Position numbers and translations under genes: made by a program. A stretch of DNA of 16,220 nucleotides from the NCBI GenBank assembly GCA_049472355.1, contig JBLIRP010000012.1, forward strand, positions 1-16,220, written 5' to 3'. The notes under the pieces were generated by a model. It ran no database searches. It saw only the letters and a list, made by a program, of their open reading frames with translations, and had not been told where the DNA came from. Below are positions 8,045-15,254 of this stretch, piece by piece (the stretch's first letter is position 1; each line of letters begins with the position of its first letter). The DNA is from a bacterium (lineage in GTDB: Bacteria > SZUA-182 > DTGQ01 > JAFGSM01).

Positions 8045-9754
8045 GTGAAGATCCTTCTGATGGGCAACCCCAACGTGGGCAAGAGCGTCATCTTTACCCG
8101 CCTCACCGGCGCCCATGTCATCTCCTCCAACTATCCCGGCACTACCGTTGGATTCACCAAGGGGAACATATGGCTCCATGGGCAGCGGCATGAAATCATC
8201 GACGTGCCGGGCACCTATACCATCAGTCCCACATCCAGGGCGGAAGAGGTGGCGGTGGAGATGCTCGCCCAAGGGGACCTGATCATCAATGTGGTGGACG
8301 CCACCAACCTGGAGCGGAGCCTCTACCTTACCACCCAGCTCCTGGAGCGGGGAGTCCCCGTCATCATCGCCCTCAACATGTGGGACGACACCAGGCACCG
8401 GGGCATCAACATCGACCTGGACCGTCTGCGGGAATTGGTCAAGTGCACGGTTATCCCTACGGTTGCCGTAACAGGGGAGGGGATCAAGGACCTGGTGGCC
8501 GCACTTCCCGGGGGCCCCGATGATCTCACCCCCGTGCTCACCAATGCCTGTTCATCCGACGATGAGCGCTGGACCCATATCGGGCAGATCATCAAGGAGG
8601 TGCAGCACATCTCCCACCGGCATCACACCTTCTTCGAGCGGCTCGGCGACGCCACCATAAAGCCCCTCACCGGCATCCCCTTTGCGATTTTTGTGATCGG
8701 GCTTTCCTTCACCATCGTGCGGGTATTGGGGGAAACACTGATCAACCGGCTGCTGGACCCCCTGTTCGAGCGCTACTACGCCCCTTTTATCATCAAGGTC
8801 GTGGAGCTCGCCTTTCCCTCAGGGATCATCCACCATATCCTCCTGGGGGAATCCACCAGCTTCCTGGAATCCATGGGGCTCCTTATCACCGGCATCTACG
8901 TCCCCATCGTCCTGGTCCTCCCCTACATCCTGTCATTCTATCTCGTGCTGAGCTTCCTCGAGGACTCGGGCTACCTTCCCCGGCTTGCCGTGCTCATGGA
9001 TACCGTCATGCACCGGATCGGCCTGCACGGATTCGCGGTCGTCTCCTTCATCCTGGGGCTTGGGTGCAATGTGCCGGGTGCGCTCTCCACCCGTATCATG
9101 GAGACCAGGAGGGAGAAGTTCATCGCCGGGACCCTCCTCGGGGTATCCGTGCCGTGCATGGCCCAGACGGCGATGATCATCGGCCTGGTGGGGCCTTACG
9201 GCAACCGTTACGTATTCTTTATCTACGGGGTCATTTTTTCATGGGGCATCCTGGTGGGGGTTATCCTGGACAGGCTCCTGAAAGGGGGAAGCCCCGAGAT
9301 CTTCATCGAGGTGCCCGGTTATCATGTGCCCCACCTGGGGACCCTCTTCAAAAAGCTCCGGATGCGGATCAACGGTTTTTTGAACGAGGCGGTGCCCCTG
9401 GTGCTTCTCGGCGTGGTGATCATCAACCTGCTCCACTTCCTCGGGGTCCTGGAGTTGATCGGCGCCGTGGCGGCGCCCGTGCTCAAGCACGGGCTGGGAC
9501 TACCCAAGGAGGTGGTCTCCGCCATGATCATCGGCTTCCTGAGGAAGGACGTGGCAGTGGGGCTTTTGAAGCCCCTCCGCCTCAGCCTCAAGCAGCTCAT
9601 CGTTGCCTGCACGGTCCTCACCATCTATTTTCCCTGCCTTGCCACCTTCTTTGTCCTCCTCAAGGAGTTGGGGCTCAAGGACATGATGAAATCCGCCTTC
9701 ATCATGATCGGGAGCTCCATGCTCGTCGGAGTGATACTCAATCTCGTTTTATAA
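8045..9754 (+). CDS. feoB: Ferrous iron transport protein B (compact, 569 aa)
   Basis: G1 GNPNVGKS, G2 NYPGTTV, G3 DVPGTY, G4 NMWD; membrane motifs LEDSGYLPRLA, LGLGCNVP, VPCMAQ, GFLRKD, YFPCLAT. GTG start with GGGGGA RBS. Confidence 0.95.
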   Translation: MKILLMGNPNVGKSVIFTRLTGAHVISSNYPGTTVGFTKGNIWLHGQRHEIIDVPGTYTISPTSRAEEVAVEMLAQGDLIINVVDATNLERSLYLTTQLLERGVPVIIALNMWDDTRHRGINIDLDRLRELVKCTVIPTVAVTGEGIKDLVAALPGGPDDLTPVLTNACSSDDERWTHIGQIIKEVQHISHRHHTFFERLGDATIKPLTGIPFAIFVIGLSFTIVRVLGETLINRLLDPLFERYYAPFIIKVVELAFPSGIIHHILLGESTSFLESMGLLITGIYVPIVLVLPYILSFYLVLSFLEDSGYLPRLAVLMDTVMHRIGLHGFAVVSFILGLGCNVPGALSTRIMETRREKFIAGTLLGVSVPCMAQTAMIIGLVGPYGNRYVFFIYGVIFSWGILVGVILDRLLKGGSPEIFIEVPGYHVPHLGTLFKKLRMRINGFLNEAVPLVLLGVVIINLLHFLGVLELIGAVAAPVLKHGLGLPKEVVSAMIIGFLRKDVAVGLLKPLRLSLKQLIVACTVLTIYFPCLATFFVLLKELGLKDMMKSAFIMIGSSMLVGVILNLVL

Positions 9755-10017
9755 TTATAAATTGAAGAAGGACCTATCTTCCGATTAAAGAAGGGAGGAA
9801 CTAAACCCGCGATAAGGGTCCGACGGGTCCCCGGGGGACGTCCTCCAGGCATGGGTTGAAAATAATCACTTGATATATTGTGAGATGGGAAGGGGGTGCG
9901 CCTGTGTGCAAGGGAGCCGAAACAAAAGGTACATCGTCTTCCCCTACGATAATGAGCACGTATGGATGAATGGTGGTGAAGGTGCCCCTGTTTTCCAACA
10001 ATGAGGTCACATCCGGC

Positions 10018-10914
10018 ATGGTAAGGCGGCCCTCGAAGGGCAGGGGGGTGGTGCGCCGAAGTCCCGTTTTCCCCTTTCTCCTCCTCTTTTTCCTGGCCCT
10101 TTGCACGGCGCCCCTGGTCATCCGGTCTCCTTCCGCCGTCATCCACCAGGACTATACCATCGGCCCCCAGGACAGGCTGAAGATCGAGGTGTGGGACAAC
10201 TCCGACCTCACCCGGGAGGTGTCCGTTTCCCTCATGGGCACCTTCACCTTTCCCCTGATCGGGGAGGTGCGTGCCGAGGGCCTCACCACCGACCAGGTGC
10301 GCAGGGAGCTTGTCCGGCTTCTTGCAGACGGGTATCTCATCGACCCGCAGGTGACGGTGACCATCAGCGATTACCGCAGCAAGCAGGTGAACATCCTGGG
10401 CGAGGTGAAGGAGCCCGGCACCTACCCCTACACCAAAAAGACCTCCCTCATCGAGATGATCTCCCTGGCCGGGGGGCTCACCGAGGAGGCGGGGCCCGAT
10501 GCATTCATCCTGCGCTCAGGGCAGGAGCTTCCCGCCGGCCTGCCCGGCGTCGGGGCCGCAGGGCCGTCCGATAGTGACCCGAACTTCTCCATGAAGCGGG
10601 TCGATCTGCACGAGCTTCTCCAGGCAGGGGAAAATATATACTTTTTGCTTCAGGAGGACGATACCATTTATATACCCCGGGCGGACTTCTACTATGTGCT
10701 CGGCGAGGTGAACAGGCCGGGGCGGTACAAGCTGGAGAAGGACACCACCGTGCTCAAGGCCATCACTACCGCGGGGGGGAATACCAAGAAGGCGAACCTC
10801 AAGAGGATCACGGTGGTAAGGGAGATCGACGGGAAGGAGGGCGAACTGCCTGTGGACCTTTTCCAGCCGATACAGCCCGACGACATCATCAGGGTGCCCG
10901 AGAGCTTCTTTTAG
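10018..10914 (+). CDS. Polysaccharide export (OPX/Wza-like) protein with Poly_export and two SLBB domains
   Basis: Signal-peptide-like N-terminus; DYTIGPQDRLKIEVW, G.FTFPLIGEV.AEGLT, PQVTVTI, VNILGEVKEPG.Y, ISLAGGLT, YVLGEVNRPG.Y, IQPDDIIRVPESFF. Start uncertain (9970/10018/10048). Confidence 0.92.
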   Translation: MVRRPSKGRGVVRRSPVFPFLLLFFLALCTAPLVIRSPSAVIHQDYTIGPQDRLKIEVWDNSDLTREVSVSLMGTFTFPLIGEVRAEGLTTDQVRRELVRLLADGYLIDPQVTVTISDYRSKQVNILGEVKEPGTYPYTKKTSLIEMISLAGGLTEEAGPDAFILRSGQELPAGLPGVGAAGPSDSDPNFSMKRVDLHELLQAGENIYFLLQEDDTIYIPRADFYYVLGEVNRPGRYKLEKDTTVLKAITTAGGNTKKANLKRITVVREIDGKEGELPVDLFQPIQPDDIIRVPESFF

Positions 10915-10933
10915 ATACAGCGAGGTGCTGAAC

Positions 10934-13249
10934 ATGGAACCGTCGAAGCCAGGCATTCCGTATCAGACGAATCAAGGGCAGGTGGTTTCATTCGTTCCCA
11001 AGACCAGTCCCGAGGAGGAGATCAGTCTTCGAGACTACTGGCTCGTGGTGTCCAAGCGGCGTTGGTCGGTGATCACCGTGTTCGTCATCATCGTGGTGCT
11101 CACCACGATCACCAGCTTTCATGCCACCCCGATATACCGTGCCACCACCAGGCTGCAGATCGACTCGGAAAACCCGAACATCATCTCGATCGACGAGGTG
11201 ATGAACGTCTCCCCCTCGGACCGGGACTATCAGCAGACCCAGTACCAGTTGCTGCAAAGCAGGAGCCTTGCCCGAAAGGTGATCGAGGAGCTTGACCTTG
11301 CCAACAGCCCGGAGTTTACCAGCATAGACAGCGCCTTCCTCAGATTTGTGAACGCCATGAACCCCCGGCGGCTCATCACCGGCCTGCTTGGTGCCCTGCG
11401 CGGTGGGGGTGAGGAAAGGCAGCCCTCTGCCGAGGAGCGGGAGGAGGGTCTGATGTCCGACCTCATCGACGAATACCTCGGCCGGCTGCAGGTGGACCCC
11501 GAGCGGAACACCAGGCTGGTGAGCGTCTCATTCAGCGGCATGTATCCGAAGGTCGTCTTCGAGATCGCGGACACCCACGCCCGGCTTTTCATCGAGCACA
11601 ATCTTGGGCTGAAGTTCGCCGCCTCAACCGATGCGATCGAGTGGCTGGACCAGCACCTGGGCCAGCTCAAAAAGAAGGTGGAGGAGTCCGAGGCGGACCT
11701 GCACCGCTACAAGGAGAAAAACAGCATCGTATCGCTCGAGGAGCGGCAGAACATCATCGTTCAAAGGCTCTCCGAGCTGAACTCCGCCCTCACCCGGGCG
11801 AAGACCGACCGGATCAGGCTGGAGACCCTGTATCAGCAGGTCACCAAGTACGCGGGCACGGAGGCGGTGATCGAATCCCTGCCCTCGGTGATCAACAACA
11901 GCCTCATCCAGGAGTTGAAGACCGAGTACATCGGGCTTCAGGCCGAATACAACCGGATCGCCAACAAGTACGGCGCAAAGCACCCCCACATCGTGGAGAT
12001 CACCTCCAAGCGTGACCTCATCGGGGAGAAGGTCCGGGCGGAGGTGCAGAAGATCATCAACAGCATAAAGACCGAGTACGAGATCGCCCTGGCCGAGGAG
12101 AACGTGCTGAAGGAGGCCCTTGAGGAGCAGAAGCGGGAGGCCATGGAACTGAACAAGAAGGCCATCCGCTACGGCGTGCTGAAGCGCGAGGCGGAGAGCA
12201 ACAAGGAGGTGTTCAACGTGGTGCTGAACCGGCTCAAGGAGACCGACCTCACCCGGGGTCTCAAGGCGAGCAACATCACCATCGTGGACCCCGCCGAACT
12301 GCCTCAATACCCCATTCGGCCCCGCAAGAAGCTCAACATCATCCTGGCCGCCGTCATCGGGCTCATGGTAGGGGTCGGACTCGCCTTCTTCTTCGAGTAC
12401 CTGGATGACACCGTGAAGACCCCCGACGACCTCAAGCGCTACTTCGGCATGCCCTTTCTGGGTCCCATACCCCACCACGACTTTTCCCAGCACGCCTCCC
12501 AGAAATACCCTGAGCTGGTCACCTTCTTCGATCCCAAGAGCAAGGTGAGCGAGGCGTACAAGGGGCTTCGCACCAGCATCCTGTTTTCCATCCCCAAGGA
12601 GGGGGGCAAGGCGATCATGATCACCAGCGCCGGCCCCGCCGAGGGAAAGAGCCTCACCGTGGCGAACCTCGCGGTGAGCCTGGCCCAGACCGGAAACAGC
12701 GTCTGCATCCTGGACTGCGACATGAGAAAGCCCCGGCTGCACAAGCTCTTTCACTTCGAGAACGAGGAGGGCTTAACCAGTGTTCTGGTGGGCAAGACCC
12801 CCCTTGCCGGGGTCACCCGCAACGGGATCATCCAGGGGCTCTCCCTCATCCCCTGCGGCCAGCGCCCCCCCAATCCCTCGGAGCTTCTCGGCTCCCCGCA
12901 GATGCAGACCCTGCTCGATGATCTTCGGCATCTGTACGATTTCATCATCATGGACTCCCCCCCCCTTGCCGCGGTGACCGACTCGGTGGTGCTCGCCCGG
13001 ATCGCGGACGGGGTGTGCCTGGTGATCAAGGGAGGGGAGACCGGCCGCGACGTGATCAACCGCGGCGTGGACCTTTTGCGCAACGCCCAGGCCCAAATCC
13101 TGGGCGCGGTGATCAACAACATCGACATTGCCAACAAGCGATACTACTATTACTACCAATACTACTACTACAGCTACTACGGGGACGAGGACGAGGGCCC
13201 CCGATCCAAGCTTTCCGGAAAGCGCCACCGCAGGCACAGGAGCTTATAA
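10934..13249 (+). CDS. wzc: Polysaccharide co-polymerase / BY-kinase (Wzc/GumC family)
   Basis: ISLRDYW, TPIYRATTRL, long coiled coil, IVDPA..P..PIRPRK + TM, SEAYKGLRTSI, Walker A GPAEGKS, DCDMRKP, DSPP, C-terminal Tyr cluster. GAGGTG RBS before ATG 10934. Confidence 0.94.
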   Translation: MEPSKPGIPYQTNQGQVVSFVPKTSPEEEISLRDYWLVVSKRRWSVITVFVIIVVLTTITSFHATPIYRATTRLQIDSENPNIISIDEVMNVSPSDRDYQQTQYQLLQSRSLARKVIEELDLANSPEFTSIDSAFLRFVNAMNPRRLITGLLGALRGGGEERQPSAEEREEGLMSDLIDEYLGRLQVDPERNTRLVSVSFSGMYPKVVFEIADTHARLFIEHNLGLKFAASTDAIEWLDQHLGQLKKKVEESEADLHRYKEKNSIVSLEERQNIIVQRLSELNSALTRAKTDRIRLETLYQQVTKYAGTEAVIESLPSVINNSLIQELKTEYIGLQAEYNRIANKYGAKHPHIVEITSKRDLIGEKVRAEVQKIINSIKTEYEIALAEENVLKEALEEQKREAMELNKKAIRYGVLKREAESNKEVFNVVLNRLKETDLTRGLKASNITIVDPAELPQYPIRPRKKLNIILAAVIGLMVGVGLAFFFEYLDDTVKTPDDLKRYFGMPFLGPIPHHDFSQHASQKYPELVTFFDPKSKVSEAYKGLRTSILFSIPKEGGKAIMITSAGPAEGKSLTVANLAVSLAQTGNSVCILDCDMRKPRLHKLFHFENEEGLTSVLVGKTPLAGVTRNGIIQGLSLIPCGQRPPNPSELLGSPQMQTLLDDLRHLYDFIIMDSPPLAAVTDSVVLARIADGVCLVIKGGETGRDVINRGVDLLRNAQAQILGAVINNIDIANKRYYYYYQYYYYSYYGDEDEGPRSKLSGKRHRRHRSL
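13142..13180 (+). repeat. TAC/TAT codon run encoding the Wzc Tyr cluster YYYYYQYYYYSYY
   Basis: TAC TAC TAT TAC TAC CAA TAC TAC TAC TAC AGC TAC TAC. Confidence 0.9.
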
Positions 13250-13284
13250 GGTACCCAGATCGCGGGAACGTGTCGGGCCTCCCC

Positions 13285-13306
13285 CCGCCGCGTGGCGGTT
13301 CATGTT
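13285..13306 (+). terminator. Weak intrinsic terminator candidate after wzc
   Basis: CCGCC-GCGT-GGCGG hairpin followed by an interrupted T tract TTCATGTT. Confidence 0.3.
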
Positions 13307-13314
13307 GACCATGA
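13300..13314. repeat. Left copy of 15-bp palindromic site TCATGTTGACCATGA
   Basis: 13/15 identical to 14212-14226. Confidence 0.6.
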
Positions 13315-13355
13315 GGTCGGTATGCCATCACCTGAAGAAATTCAAACACTTTTCG

Positions 13356-13385
13356 TTGACAAAAAATATCAACCATGCATATACT
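13356..13385 (+). promoter_or_regulatory. Sigma70 promoter of the TA operon
   Basis: TTGACA (13356-13361), 18-nt spacer, TATACT (13380-13385); GGGAGG RBS at 13411-13416. Confidence 0.7.
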
Positions 13386-13422
13386 ATTTTAGAGAAAGGG
13401 AACTTAAATAGGGAGGTTAGAC

Positions 13423-13653
13423 GTGAAATTTACACGCATTACTGTTAATCCGGATCAAATGGGAGGCGTGCCCTGTATCCGCGGATTGCGTATTCCTGTT
13501 TCAACAGTAGTGGGTATGGTTGCTGATGGCATGAAAGAAGAAGAGATTCTCAATGCCTTCCCCGATCTTGAACAGGAGGATATCCGCGAAGCCTTGCAGT
13601 ATGCTGCAGAGGCTGTACGTGAGCGCGGATTGCCATTGGTAACCATACGGTGA
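13423..13653 (+). CDS. DUF433-family putative antitoxin (VapB45-like)
   Basis: [53 protein letters not shown] is the typical DUF433 signature. Confidence 0.92.
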   Translation: MKFTRITVNPDQMGGVPCIRGLRIPVSTVVGMVADGMKEEEILNAFPDLEQEDIREALQYAAEAVRERGLPLVTIR

Positions 13654-14024
13654 AATTTCTTGTGGACAATGCCTTGTCTCCCTTAACGGCTCAAGGACTA
13701 CGTCAGGGTGGATTTGATGCTGTCCATGTGAGAGATTATGCTATGCAAGCAGCAAGCGATACGGAGATTTTCAAGCGTGCTGCTGATGAAGGACGAGTCA
13801 TTATCACCGCTGATACCGATTTCGGTACGCTCCTTGCGCTTAGGCACGAAACAAAACCTTCATTGATCATTTTTCGACGGACATCTCAGCGGCGACCTGA
13901 AGCCCAAGTATCGCTTGTAAGTGCCAACTTGCCGCTCATAGCGGATGACTTGGAAAGAGGCGCCATTGTTGTTTTTGAAGAGAATCGAATTCGCTTACGT
14001 ACCCTTCCGATAGGTTCCGAATAA
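13650..14024 (+). CDS. DUF5615-family PIN-like putative toxin (VapC45-like)
   Basis: [66 protein letters not shown] overlap with the DUF433 gene. Confidence 0.9.
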   Translation: MKFLVDNALSPLTAQGLRQGGFDAVHVRDYAMQAASDTEIFKRAADEGRVIITADTDFGTLLALRHETKPSLIIFRRTSQRRPEAQVSLVSANLPLIADDLERGAIVVFEENRIRLRTLPIGSE

Positions 14025-14211
14025 AATTGGAATCCCGTATGAGTTCTTAAACCTCTTACAATTCTCATTGTCAATTTTTAAATAATCACAAAATTCCCGC
14101 GGTGTGCATTGAAAAATCCTGAAGGATATCGTGGTTATTTTCCAAAAAAATCCGAAGATGAATATAGGGAGTACGATATAATCCTGTTCATTTCCCGGCA
14201 GACACCATATA

Positions 14212-14226
14212 TCATGGTTACCATGA
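14212..14226. repeat. Right copy of 15-bp palindromic site TCATGGT-T-ACCATGA, apex of a long hairpin (14192-14237)
   Basis: Perfect 7-1-7 inverted repeat, extended by CGGCAG/CTGCCG and TTCC/GGAA arms. Confidence 0.65.
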
Positions 14227-14276
14227 CTGCCGTGGAACTCCATGCGCAAGACGGGCATGTAAGGGAGGTTAGAGCG

Positions 14277-15254
14277 GTGAAGTGGGAGGAAACAAGTATC
14301 ATTCTGATCGGCGGTACCGGTTCCTTCGGCAAGAGGTTTGTCGAGATCATGCTCAGGGAGTTTCACCCGAAGAAGCTGATCGTATTCAGCAGGGATGAGC
14401 TCAAGCAGCATGAAATGCTCACCAGCGGTTTCGATCATCCGAGCCTGCGCTATTTTATCGGTGACGTGCGCGATGTCGAGCGGCTTCACCGGGCCATGCA
14501 CAACATGGATGTGGTGGTCCACGCCGCAGCCCTCAAACAGGTGCCCGCCTGCGAGTACAACCCCATCGAGGCCATCATGACCAACATCATAGGCGCGAAG
14601 AACGTGATCAACGCCGCCCTGGACACCGGGGTGAAGAAGGTGATGGCCATCAGCACGGACAAGGCGGTGAACCCGGTGAATCTCTATGGCGCCACAAAGC
14701 TGTGCGCGGAGAAGCTCTTTGTGCAGAGCAACACCTATTCGGGCTTCATGGACATCCACTTCAGTTGTGTTCGCTATGGTAACGTGGTAGGAAGCCGCGG
14801 GAGCGTGATCCCGCTGTTCATCAAACAGCGTGATAATGGGGGCATCACCGTAACCGATCCCCGCATGACCCGGTTCTGGATCACCCTCGATCAGGGGGTG
14901 CGATTCGTGATCCGGTGCATCGAACAGATGCACGGCGGCGAGATATTCGTGCCCAAGCTCCCCAGCATGAACATCATGGACCTTGCCGCTGCCATCGCCC
15001 CCGGGTGTCCGGTGAGGAATATTGGCATCCGTCCCGGTGAGAAGGTGCACGAAACCCTCATCTCCGAGGACGAGGCACGGTACGCCGTGGAACTGGACGA
15101 CATGTGCGTGATCGAACCCGCCCGGCCCATGTGGCCGTATAAACCCTGGAAGGGAAATCGCACCTTTCCGGACGGATACCGGTACACCAGCGATGCCAAT
15201 ACCTGTTGGCTCACCCACGAAGAGCTCAGGGAGTTGGTCAAAGATCCCCAATGA
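14277..15254 (+). CDS. pseB: UDP-N-acetylglucosamine 4,6-dehydratase (inverting), pseudaminic acid pathway
   Basis: GGTGSFG, FSRDELKQ, YFIGDVRD, HAAALKQVPACEYNP, STDKAVNPVNLYGATKL, RYGNVVGSRGSVIP, MTRFWITL, GIRPGEKVHE. GTG 14277 follows AGGGAGG, so the ORF-track start at 14109 is an over-extension. Confidence 0.92.
   Translation: MKWEETSIILIGGTGSFGKRFVEIMLREFHPKKLIVFSRDELKQHEMLTSGFDHPSLRYFIGDVRDVERLHRAMHNMDVVVHAAALKQVPACEYNPIEAIMTNIIGAKNVINAALDTGVKKVMAISTDKAVNPVNLYGATKLCAEKLFVQSNTYSGFMDIHFSCVRYGNVVGSRGSVIPLFIKQRDNGGITVTDPRMTRFWITLDQGVRFVIRCIEQMHGGEIFVPKLPSMNIMDLAAAIAPGCPVRNIGIRPGEKVHETLISEDEARYAVELDDMCVIEPARPMWPYKPWKGNRTFPDGYRYTSDANTCWLTHEELRELVKDPQ

Noticed and set aside
9856..9872. TTGAAAATAAT resembling half a Fur-type box
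   Set aside because: The second half-site does not match, and it lies downstream of feoB rather than at the feo promoter.
11624..12754. 376-aa minus-strand ORF
   Set aside because: Antisense shadow of wzc.
13294..13304. GGCGGTTCATG as a possible RfaH ops element
   Set aside because: Lacks the conserved TAG core of ops; better explained as the arm of the post-wzc hairpin.
14046..14074. Minus-strand TTGACA as an antisense promoter into the toxin gene
   Set aside because: No acceptable -10 at 16-18 nt spacing (TTTAAG at 17).
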